DNA of 37,698 bases from Candidatus Woesearchaeota archaeon (GTDB lineage: Archaea > Nanobdellota > Nanobdellia > Pacearchaeales > GW2011-AR1), in the NCBI GenBank assembly GCA_964354995.1, contig CAYHBQ010000003.1, positions 1 through 37,698 on the forward strand, read 5' to 3'. A program made the position numbers and the translations under genes. This document shows, one piece after another, positions 1 through 7,575 of the stretch (position 1 is its first letter; every line of letters starts with the position of its first letter). The notes under the pieces are model-generated. The model had not been told where the DNA came from. It ran no database searches and saw only the letters and a program-made list of their open reading frames with translations.

Positions 1-140
1 TGCTGAAAGCATCTAAGCACGAAGCGATCCGCAAGACGAGTCAACAAAGGCCGTTATAGAAGATAACGTTGATAGAGTTGGTGTGTACGCTCCAAGAACC
101 CGAGGAGTTTAGCATGCAACTACTAATAGCCTCACTTTCA
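1..140 (+). rRNA. rrl: 23S rRNA, 3' end (partial)
   Basis: Conserved 3'-domain motifs GCTGAAAGCATCTAAG, GTTGATAG, GTGTA and ACTAATAG in the expected order; exact 3' end approximate. Confidence 0.92.
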
Positions 141-237
141 GATATTCTGAGAAGACAAAAGAGTCCTTCATTCTTACCTCTGTGCCTACGCGTGTTATTT
201 GATTTTTTTGAAAGGATACTTATAGAATGTTTGCTTC

Positions 238-582
238 TTGTTTTGTATGCATCGTAAAGAAACTTTTGTGCCTATGCTCGGGAGTTCTTGCTACCGTTAT
301 CGAGAAGTTATTGTTACACTTAACGAGCCTGTCCTAGGTGAGAACCATACGCTTGTCTATTCTTGGGTTATGAACCTGCCAGGGGGAGCTAAAGAACAAG
401 GACGTTCTTACTTTTTCTATTTTCCTCGAGGACCTTACGATGATACTGAAGTACGCGACAAGGTTGCAGAGGCATTGTTTCGTATGCATGAACGCGAAAT
501 GAAACGAGAATGCACTCCCCCTTGGAAGCATCCTCAGAAGCCGATTTTGTTTGAGCGCATCCGCTCGGGTGACATTCTTTAG
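238..582 (+). CDS. hypothetical protein
   Basis: 114-aa ORF downstream of a TATA-like cttata, converging on the next gene; no recognised motif. Confidence 0.45.
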   Translation: MFCMHRKETFVPMLGSSCYRYREVIVTLNEPVLGENHTLVYSWVMNLPGGAKEQGRSYFFYFPRGPYDDTEVRDKVAEALFRMHEREMKRECTPPWKHPQKPILFERIRSGDIL

Positions 583-1457
583 AATAGATTATAGGCTGTA
601 AGCGGAACCTTAAACAGCAATGCGAGTCCCATTATGATTGCGACGAATAACATCACAAAGAAAATGAGCCCTAACCATCCTGCGAAAAATGCTTTCGTTG
701 TTGAAAACTTATGATAGTATGCGAGCCCCTTAATCGTTAAAACGATTGTCCAGATAAACAGCCCTATAGAAAACAAAGTTGTAAACCATGAGCTATACGC
801 CACAAGTGAAATCAAGGTGATTAACGGTGAGAGCATACATCCGGGAACCACTCCGTAGAGTATTCCTTTGTATGTTCCCTTGTATCCGCCTTGGCCTTTC
901 ATAAGAATGACAAATAGGTGCGTGATTCCTGCTATGAGTAAAACGAAAAGTGGCGCGATAATAAATGAGATGCCTGCTAACATTCCTATTAGAAAGAGGA
1001 TAGCCGTGGGTGCAATCAACAAGAAGATCATAGTGAAATAAGGTGGCGCAAACTGAGCAAGGAGTGAAAGGAAGAGTGCGCTTATTAGAATCAAGAGGGC
1101 AAACGGAATCAAGAGCAATAACTCGTGGAACCGTAATGTGCGTCCGACAGAATCTTCGTCCGTTTTTTCGAACAATAGCCTTGGTTTAGAAATCGAATAG
1201 CCTATTTTCTTGAAGAATGAAAGTTTCTCTTGAGAAGAAGATATTGTTTGTGCACTGGGGAGCGATTGTTTTATCGTCGGTTGTGAGGTAATGGGGAGTG
1301 GTTTTGACTCCATCTTTTCAACAGGCAAGGCCATAATGGCCTCATCTATATCGGCCACGTCAAAACCTCCTTCGAGCAGTTTCCGTTTGAGCACCGCGAG
1401 ACCAAATCCTCGTTTTCTTCCTTCGAGTAAATAATTGAGTATGTCTTGATTTACCAT
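579..1457 (-). CDS. Yip1-like multi-pass membrane protein with N-terminal helical domain
   Basis: N-terminal YLLEGRKRGF..L..GF...DIDEA module, then KPRLLFEK followed by about five hydrophobic helices ending in GLAYYHKFSTTKAF. Confidence 0.7.
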   Translation of the reverse strand: MVNQDILNYLLEGRKRGFGLAVLKRKLLEGGFDVADIDEAIMALPVEKMESKPLPITSQPTIKQSLPSAQTISSSQEKLSFFKKIGYSISKPRLLFEKTDEDSVGRTLRFHELLLLIPFALLILISALFLSLLAQFAPPYFTMIFLLIAPTAILFLIGMLAGISFIIAPLFVLLIAGITHLFVILMKGQGGYKGTYKGILYGVVPGCMLSPLITLISLVAYSSWFTTLFSIGLFIWTIVLTIKGLAYYHKFSTTKAFFAGWLGLIFFVMLFVAIIMGLALLFKVPLTAYNLF

Positions 1458-1864
1458 TATCTCGTACGTTTATCCTCTCCGCGGTATATGAAAAAATGAT
1501 ACATGAGATATCCTACGGTGCCGAGCGCTCCAATGCCTGCGAACGTCATTGTGTACGGCCCTTTGTATTTTATAAAGAGCGCATTTATCAGCAACACTGC
1601 AATAAGAATCCCCGATACGAGCCCCAAATAAGGGTTCTTTTTCATGATTACCTTAATCCACGCAAAGAGGGCTGCGAGAATGAATGCTGCAATTATAGTG
1701 AACGCTATCTCGATTATACCAAACCCGACGTCTGTCTTTTTGTCAAGGAAAAAGAGGAACAGTCCCACAATGAGTAAAAAAAATACAAACAGTGCGACCG
1801 TGCTCTTTGAAGGTATGAGCCAAGAAATAAAACTATCGTTTCTTGAATCACTTTCTTTTTTCAT
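1457..1864 (-). CDS. small membrane protein (about 4 TM)
   Basis: Hydrophobic segments; stop overlaps the start of the Yip1-like gene. Confidence 0.7.
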   Translation of the reverse strand: MKKESDSRNDSFISWLIPSKSTVALFVFFLLIVGLFLFFLDKKTDVGFGIIEIAFTIIAAFILAALFAWIKVIMKKNPYLGLVSGILIAVLLINALFIKYKGPYTMTFAGIGALGTVGYLMYHFFIYRGEDKRTR

Positions 1865-1896
1865 TGTATCTTATACTCTATGGAGGTTTAAAAACT

Positions 1897-1905
1897 ATGC
1901 GCGTG
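1897..1905. repeat. target-site duplication, left copy (ATGCGCGTG)
   Basis: Identical 9-mer at 5355-5363; both copies abut the terminal inverted repeats. Confidence 0.95.
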
Positions 1906-1959
1906 GGCTTTGCACGGACTGAGCTATTTTGTACGGACAGGACAACCATTTGCCCGAAC
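1906..1959 (+). repeat. left end: 14-bp TIR plus subterminal 11-mers
   Basis: tttgcacggac 1909, tttgtacggac 1928, tttgcccgaac 1949. Confidence 0.85.
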
Positions 1960-2002
1960 GGCAAGTTTTTAAGATTCCCTTGACCTCATAAGAAGGTGGA
2001 TT

Positions 2003-2662
2003 ATGGTATATAAAAGAAAACATCATAATGGGGCGCGGTGCTCTTTCTGCCATGCAAGATTAGATGGTCTTCCGCATAAATGTAGGTATTGTGGTAAAGT
2101 TCATTGCTATGAGCACTTGCTTCCAGAAAACCATAATTGTACTGGTATGTCAAACAAAAGAGAATGGGGGCGATCGTCAAAGAGCAGTTGGCGTAGTAAT
2201 CGTCATAACTCTCGTTGGGATAGAAGCGATTATGAACCTCGCTCTCGATCAACCTTTAGATTGCCGCGAATACGAATAAGTCTTTTCTTTAAGGCTCTGG
2301 TTCTTGCAGCCGCGACCTTTTTCCTCGCTTATAATTTTAATAGCACACTCACGTTGGTGCTTGAGGCTGGCGCATGGATTTATTTTGCATGGGTCTTGTA
2401 CAAGAAAGCATTCAGATGGGCTAATCGAGTAAGCATGGCAGATGACCTTGCATTTTGGGGATTACGTCTCCTGGGAATTGCAGTTGTGTTTGTCGGCGTG
2501 TACATTGCATTTTTCGGACTTCTTGCTGCAGCGCTCACACCTGGCTCCGCACCAACCGCAATACCGTTGTTCGTGCTCTTAGCAGGGCTCGTGCTGCTCG
2601 GGGTCTTTATTGCATTTAGAACCAATAGAAGACATCACGTTGTTGGTGTCTGGCGCGCATAA
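2003..2662 (+). CDS. AN1-type zinc-finger membrane protein (transposon cargo)
   Basis: CSFC..LPHKCRYCGKVHCYEHLLPENHNC AN1 pattern, Arg/Ser-rich linker, four TM helices. Confidence 0.8.
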   Translation: MVYKRKHHNGARCSFCHARLDGLPHKCRYCGKVHCYEHLLPENHNCTGMSNKREWGRSSKSSWRSNRHNSRWDRSDYEPRSRSTFRLPRIRISLFFKALVLAAATFFLAYNFNSTLTLVLEAGAWIYFAWVLYKKAFRWANRVSMADDLAFWGLRLLGIAVVFVGVYIAFFGLLAAALTPGSAPTAIPLFVLLAGLVLLGVFIAFRTNRRHHVVGVWRA

Positions 2663-2686
2663 GTAAGATTTAAATACTCCCTTGGA

Positions 2687-2749
2687 CTGATAAAGGGATG
2701 TACATTGAAAATGGGATACGTCCTGAAGATGGGGTTTACTGAAAATGGT
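2687..2749 (+). repeat. four periodic repeats upstream of cdc6
   Basis: ctgataaaggga, ttgaaaatggga, ctgaagatgggg, ctgaaaatggta; TGA at 2688, 2706, 2724, 2740. Confidence 0.55.
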
Positions 2750-3908
2750 AAAAAAGTTTTCAGAATTTTTGAAGATAGAAAATACTATAATTTCTCAGCC
2801 AGAGGTATTTGATACTGATTCCTACAGCCCGTCTGACGAGGAAATCGTCGAGCGTGGAGAAACAAGCAAGCTCTACAACGAGATTGCAAAGTTCGTTAAA
2901 TACGGAATTCCAAACAACATATTGCTAATAGGTCCTCCGGGAACGGGAAAGACTGTTATCCTAAACAACATTCGAAGTGAGCTTGCTAAAAGGCCTGATT
3001 TTGACGTTCGTCATGTTAATTGTAGCGACAAAACCCCTCAAGTTATACTTTCTTTGATAAATGGCGGAAATATCGACGGGCAGATGCCTGAAAACAAACT
3101 GAAGAATATGTTTCTCAACGGTCTTAATAACAACTGCCTGATCATTTTAGATGAAGTAGATAAGGGACTCAACCTAAAGAGTCTTCTTTTCTTTTTATCG
3201 CGACCGCGAGAACAACTTCAAATCTTTTCACATTCGATTAGTGTCATATTGGTATCTAATGATCCTAATTGGGACAATTCACTCGACATTTCTGTCAGGA
3301 GCTCTCTACAATTGAGAAGGGTATCATTCGAACGTTATTCCAAGGGCCAATTATGCAACATATTGAAATTGAGAGCAAAGGCAGGTTTCAAGTATGACAC
3401 TAACATCCAAAGTACGTTGCTTAGTCTTATAGCCGCGGAAGTCGCAGACAAATATAACGGAGATTGTAGAGTTGCAATTAAAGCACTTCTTTATGCTGCA
3501 CAGAATGCTGAAAATTTGAGAAAAAGTGCGATTGAAGAAAGTGATGTTACTCGCGCATTTCCGAAGGCTCTCGATGACATAGCAAGAAGCAAACTTAGTA
3601 GGCTTAGTAATCGAGACTTTTTAGTGCTTTTTTCGATAGAGGAGAGCAAAGAAAAGACTACCGATGCTATTTACAAAACCTTCTTGGATTTGATTCATCA
3701 GGGACTAAATGTTGAGAAAATAAAACCGACGATGTTTTACTATGTGCTGAATTATCTTGATACACATGGTCTAATTAAACGTAAGTTGGACATAGAAAAA
3801 ATAAAAGATGCTCCACCTCGGCGTATCGTAAGAGTTAGTGGTAATATAGACAAAAAGATCTTGGAAGAAGAGTTGAATAATAGAATGCTCAAACTATCGA
3901 ACAGATGA
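2745..3908 (+). CDS. cdc6: Orc1/Cdc6-family AAA+ replication initiator homolog (transposon cargo)
   Basis: Walker A GPPGTGKT, HVNC, Walker B IILDEVD, F..YS..QL..IL..R, GDCRVAI sensor-2 region, C-terminal winged-helix-like segment (YYVLNYLDTHGLI). Confidence 0.9.
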   Translation: MVKKFSEFLKIENTIISQPEVFDTDSYSPSDEEIVERGETSKLYNEIAKFVKYGIPNNILLIGPPGTGKTVILNNIRSELAKRPDFDVRHVNCSDKTPQVILSLINGGNIDGQMPENKLKNMFLNGLNNNCLIILDEVDKGLNLKSLLFFLSRPREQLQIFSHSISVILVSNDPNWDNSLDISVRSSLQLRRVSFERYSKGQLCNILKLRAKAGFKYDTNIQSTLLSLIAAEVADKYNGDCRVAIKALLYAAQNAENLRKSAIEESDVTRAFPKALDDIARSKLSRLSNRDFLVLFSIEESKEKTTDAIYKTFLDLIHQGLNVEKIKPTMFYYVLNYLDTHGLIKRKLDIEKIKDAPPRRIVRVSGNIDKKILEEELNNRMLKLSNR

Positions 3909-3973
3909 AATGCACAAATAAAAGAGAGTTCGCGAGAAAGTTCATGACCCCTATAGATTGTACTTTATTTACT

Positions 3974-4070
3974 ACATAGGGTACGCGCCCGCCACACGTG
4001 CGTAGTAAGTCACGAGGGCGGGACGCGGGCTCGGGCTACACACCGTTTGTAGAGGTGTGAAAACCCTTGT
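3974..4070. other. GC-rich putative structured element (three-way junction)
   Basis: agggt 3978/accct 4063 closing stem; cgcg-cccgcc 3984-3993/ggcggg-a-cgcg 4017-4027; cacacc 4039/ggtgtg 4054. Confidence 0.5.
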
Positions 4071-4099
4071 CTGTCGGACTATAATCGAAAGAAGGCATT

Positions 4100-4273
4100 T
4101 TAATTCTTTCCTTTGCCTTGCTGCCTTGGTTTGTCCCAATAAGGAGATTTGCATTTAGGGCACACTTTCGGCTTTTCGGTTAGGCTTGTTGGCCTCCATG
4201 TGTGACTGCATCTATAGCACTTATGGCCTACAATGAGAACGAAAGCACCTTCTCTTTGATTCCTCTTACTCAT
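4100..4273 (-). CDS. small zinc-ribbon protein (57 aa, not in ORF track)
   Basis: Manual translation MSKRNQREGAFVLIVGHKCYRCSHTWRPTSLTEKPKVCPKCKSPYWDKPRQQGKGKN with CxxC...CPxC pairs. Confidence 0.85.
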   Translation of the reverse strand: MSKRNQREGAFVLIVGHKCYRCSHTWRPTSLTEKPKVCPKCKSPYWDKPRQQGKGKN

Positions 4274-4340
4274 ATTATCTATAGTATATTATCAATAGGT
4301 ATATTTAAATATTGACTATATACCTAATAGGTACATACTC
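4274..4340. promoter_or_regulatory. divergent promoter between zinc-ribbon gene and transposase
   Basis: Palindromic TATA ATATTTAAATAT at 4301-4312, roughly equidistant from both ATGs; palindrome TACCTA-A-TAGGTA at 4321-4333. Confidence 0.65.
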
Positions 4341-5339
4341 ATGGACATCCAAACAAATTTAGCAGAATATGCTCCCAAGTTCAATTGGGCTCAATATAAC
4401 GCGAGTCAGACGCGGGAGAAACTCATTTTCATGCGTTTGCTTCGAGAGCTGTGCGACTTAGTCGAAGACCCGAAGTATAGAGTTGACCCAAAAGCCGTAC
4501 CTATGAGGGACGTTGTGTTCGGTCTAGCCTTAAGAGTTTATTCTAATTATTCTTTAAGAAGGTTCCAAAGCGATTTGAAATTAGCTCGGGAGGCTAAGTA
4601 CATTGACAGAGATTATCATTTCAATACTATGTCCGATCATATGCAGCATCCGGAGCTGAAGGCAATTGTAAAAGAATTGGTTGAGATCTCAGCCCTTCCT
4701 TTAAAACATATTGAGGAATGCTTCGCTGCAGACGCTACAGGTTTCTCTACATCAAAATTCGAACGTTGGTTTGATATTCGAATGCAAAGAGACTCTAAGA
4801 AACGTGTCTGGCGCAAGTGTCATGCTATTTGTGGAGTGCTCACGAATGTGGTCACTAGCATCGAGATTACCGAGGGTAATGTGAATGATACAACCCAATT
4901 TGGTAAGCTCGTCAAACGAACCGCAAATAATTTTGCTATGAGAGAAGTATCTGCTGACAAAGGTTACCTATCTCGAGATAACATGAGTTTGGTCTCTGAA
5001 TTCGGAGGTACTCCTTACATTCCGTTCAAGAGCAACACTACTGCTAAGTCTCGAGGTTCGACAGTTTGGGCAAGAATGTACAGACAATTCCAGCAGAACA
5101 ATGAGGAGTTTATGAGACATTATCATAAGAGAAGCAACATCGAGTCTACTTTTAGCATGATTAAGGCTCGGTTCGGCAACAACATTAGAAGCAAGAAAGA
5201 AGAATCGCAAGACAATGAAATCTTACTGAAAGTTTTGTGTCATAACTTATGCGTCTTAGTCCAAGAAATCTTTATGCGGAACATAAATATCGATTTTTTA
5301 GTCTGTGCAGAAAACTACGTTGCCCGGACTAAGCATTAA
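4341..5339 (+). CDS. tnp: DDE transposase (IS4/IS5-like, DDE_Tnp_1 type)
   Basis: AADATGF (D1), WRKCH, SADKGY (D2), YHKRSNIESTFSMIK (YREK-like motif with E). Confidence 0.93.
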   Translation: MDIQTNLAEYAPKFNWAQYNASQTREKLIFMRLLRELCDLVEDPKYRVDPKAVPMRDVVFGLALRVYSNYSLRRFQSDLKLAREAKYIDRDYHFNTMSDHMQHPELKAIVKELVEISALPLKHIEECFAADATGFSTSKFERWFDIRMQRDSKKRVWRKCHAICGVLTNVVTSIEITEGNVNDTTQFGKLVKRTANNFAMREVSADKGYLSRDNMSLVSEFGGTPYIPFKSNTTAKSRGSTVWARMYRQFQQNNEEFMRHYHKRSNIESTFSMIKARFGNNIRSKKEESQDNEILLKVLCHNLCVLVQEIFMRNINIDFLVCAENYVARTKH

Positions 5340-5354
5340 TGTCCGTGCAAAGCC
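5301..5354 (-). repeat. right end: 14-bp TIR plus subterminal 11-mers
   Basis: gtccgtgcaaa 5341, gcccggactaa 5322, gtctgtgcaga 5301; mirrors the left-end spacing. Confidence 0.8.
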
Positions 5355-5363
5355 ATGCGCGTG
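5355..5363. repeat. target-site duplication, right copy (ATGCGCGTG)
   Basis: Identical to 1897-1905. Confidence 0.95.
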
Positions 5364-5398
5364 CCAATGTTTAAAAAGCCGTGTCTATCGAGTTAGAG

Positions 5399-5839
5399 GT
5401 GAGTCGGACAGCTGACTCCGGGGGTGCTCTTCGATGAGCAAAGACGCACATACGTTTTCTCCTGAGGAAGGTCCGGACATCCGTTGGCGAGTTATATCGT
5501 CAATGCAATCACGATCCGTTGAAAGACGGCCGGCCGCGAGGTCGAGCAACCCTCAAAAACACACTGTTTTTGGGGCATAGAAAATCCGACGTAAGAAAGA
5601 TTTTCCGTGGCAACAGAAACGACACAGCACACATTGAGCAATGAACCCTGCGGGGAGCTACGAGATGTGTGATTTGATGAAACGTCACACTCGTCAGAGA
5701 TGTGAAGTGCTCGCGAGAGCATTGGCGCCTTCGTGGTATGCAAGTGCCTTAGCCGCACGCGTAGTCAGATGTCAGCACGCACCGTTCGTTACCGAAAGGA
5801 AAACGAGGTCCGACAGAATCTGGCCTATGTCCGACTCAC
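5399..5839 (+). ncRNA. rnpB: RNase P RNA
   Basis: P1 GTGAGTCGGACA/TGTCCGACTCAC; GAGGAAGGTCCGG; GCAACAGAAAC; TGAAAC; ACAGAATCTGGCCTAT; TATA box at about 5370 and T-tract after the end. Confidence 0.93.
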
Positions 5840-5843
5840 GTTT

Positions 5844-6389
5844 TTATTTTAGCCAGCTTTCAAGAACATTTTGATTAACGGTTCGCAGATGTTGCAAATC
5901 ATGCACAAGACTGACACCACGGATAATTGGATCAGACTCGCCATAATACGCTATTCGAACCATCTTTTCAAAAGTTTCAGGCTCGACAAATCCAAAACTT
6001 GTTGGTTCATCGGGTTTAAGCTCGCGGAAGACAACTGCCTTGAAAAAATTATGCATCCCTTGCCTTTGGGGATCCTCGCTCGCGAGAAGACGATACTTCG
6101 TTTGAGGTTGCGGGGGCACCGAACAAAACGGGCTTGTTAGTTTCAGATATCCTGTTAAATTTGAAAATGCCTTTATCCGCAGATCGTTATGGTCTTTTTT
6201 GACTCGAAGGGATGGCGAGCCATATGCTGTAAAGATGAGTCCTTTTTGTGGCACGCGCAGGCTATCGAGAGAGATGCCAATTGACCTTACCGAAAGATCT
6301 GAACGGTACACTTCCCGTTCGTTAGAAGAGGAGCTCATTAAAATAGACGGAGGGGCTGTTTTTAAGCCTTTCTTTGCTAGCATACACAT
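5844..6389 (-). CDS. hypothetical protein
   Basis: 181-aa ORF without recognised motif; start uncertain. Confidence 0.5.
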   Translation of the reverse strand: MCMLAKKGLKTAPPSILMSSSSNEREVYRSDLSVRSIGISLDSLRVPQKGLIFTAYGSPSLRVKKDHNDLRIKAFSNLTGYLKLTSPFCSVPPQPQTKYRLLASEDPQRQGMHNFFKAVVFRELKPDEPTSFGFVEPETFEKMVRIAYYGESDPIIRGVSLVHDLQHLRTVNQNVLESWLK

Positions 6390-6418
6390 CTTTAAAAATA
6401 ATCTGTCTTAATTTTTGA

Positions 6419-6943
6419 ATGGTTCGAAGCAACCTACGAGAAGCAATAACGCAGTTGCCGACTCGGATAGCTGAACGAGGGCATCCTTATTTTAGAGTAG
6501 ATGCTCGTGCGCGAGAAGATGACTCGCCTTACCTTTTTAGCGAAGGGTATACTATGACGTTCGATCTCGAAGAGGGGTCGCGATTCTTAGGAATAACAAC
6601 TCCTGGTGTGCTCGTTACTCTTTCGAAACCGCAGAGATTTCTTCTCGAAAACACTCCGATGGCAGCACGTTTGTATGAACTTTTGAGCTTGAGCCGCGCG
6701 ACGGCATGCGATTTGGGATTTACTTCTCGCCATCTTAATCGCGCAACGAATTACATGGATAGGGGAATTATCCAAAATCCGTATGAAACACCTATGGGGG
6801 GAATTGGTATTCCTCCGGAGATAGAAATATTTCATCGATTGCGCGAACGAAAACGACATAGTCCTGCAGATCTTGCAGAAGCTGTGTGGGTTCTATCGGG
6901 AAAACCGCTCTTATGGTTTGCGGCCTCTTACAGAGGGAAGTGA
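6419..6943 (+). CDS. hypothetical protein
   Basis: 174-aa ORF with tttaaaaa about 28 nt upstream of the ATG. Confidence 0.6.
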   Translation: MVRSNLREAITQLPTRIAERGHPYFRVDARAREDDSPYLFSEGYTMTFDLEEGSRFLGITTPGVLVTLSKPQRFLLENTPMAARLYELLSLSRATACDLGFTSRHLNRATNYMDRGIIQNPYETPMGGIGIPPEIEIFHRLRERKRHSPADLAEAVWVLSGKPLLWFAASYRGK

Positions 6944-6993
6944 GAAACAGGTATCGATAACATTTAAAAGAGGTTCTGGGTTGGTTAATTCAT

Positions 6994-7065
6994 GGGAGTG
7001 TAGCTCAGTGGGAGAGCACACGACTGAAGCTCGTGGTGTCGGGGGTTCGATTCCCTCCACTCCCA
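6994..7065 (+). tRNA. tRNA-Phe (GAA), no intron, CCA not encoded
   Basis: Acceptor GGGAGTG/CACTCCC-A; D arm GCTC/GAGC; anticodon arm CACGA-CTGAAGC-TCGTG; T loop TTCGATT. Confidence 0.96.
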
Positions 7066-7134
7066 TCCCTGTTGTGAATCGAACGCGTTTAGAGAACTAC
7101 GAATCTTTAAATATGCCCTTTAGTTGGTTTTTTT

Positions 7135-7533
7135 ATGATTGCATGGATTCCGCTCGTGGTTGCGGCCGCAGGATTTGGTTTGTCATGGTATGCCTATCAT
7201 GTCGAGCAATTTGCAGGTAAGAAAAAGGGATACCATGCATCGTGTGATTTTGGCGAGCATTCGTTATGCACGAAGGCTTTCTTGAGTGCTTATGGTAAGA
7301 CCTTTGGTGTCTCTAACGGCACGTGGGGAATACTCTTTTACCTTGTTGCAGTTATTCTTGCGCTCCTTGGCGAGATACAGTATTTGTTTTTGATTTCGAG
7401 CCTTTCTTTGCTCGCCTCTTTGTACTTAGCCTATGCCCTTTACGTGAAGGTTAAAACGTTCTGCGTGGTATGCACGAGTATTTATGTGGTTAACATCTTA
7501 CTTGTCATCAGCACTTACTTCTTAGGGTTCTAA
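7135..7533 (+). CDS. vitamin K epoxide reductase (VKOR) family protein
   Basis: SCD..CTKAFLSAYG..FGVSN and FCVVC CxxC motif within TM helices. Confidence 0.9.
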   Translation: MIAWIPLVVAAAGFGLSWYAYHVEQFAGKKKGYHASCDFGEHSLCTKAFLSAYGKTFGVSNGTWGILFYLVAVILALLGEIQYLFLISSLSLLASLYLAYALYVKVKTFCVVCTSIYVVNILLVISTYFLGF

Positions 7534-7575
7534 CGACGGCATAACCTTTATAAAAGCCCGCCGCATGATTAGGTA

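Larger units (their letters stand above)
1906..5354. mobile_element. cargo-carrying DDE transposon (IS4/IS5-like transposase), 3449 bp
   Basis: TIRs GGCTTTGCACGGAC (1906-1919) and GTCCGTGCAAAGCC (5341-5354), 9-bp TSD, transposase ending next to the right TIR. Confidence 0.95.

Noticed and set aside
69-257. 62-aa ORF
   Set aside because: Overlaps the 23S rRNA 3' end
3972-4154. 60-aa ORF on the minus strand
   Set aside because: Out of frame with the zinc-ribbon gene, no motif; the region is better explained as a structured element
1906-5354. Casposon, provirus or composite transposon interpretation
   Set aside because: No Cas1, PolB, integrase or capsid gene; only one transposase and one TIR pair
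5492-5874. ORFs 5492-5758 (-) and 5641-5874 (+)
   Set aside because: Lie within the RNase P RNA gene
6873-7220. 115-aa ORF
   Set aside because: Spans tRNA-Phe and overlaps two better-supported genes
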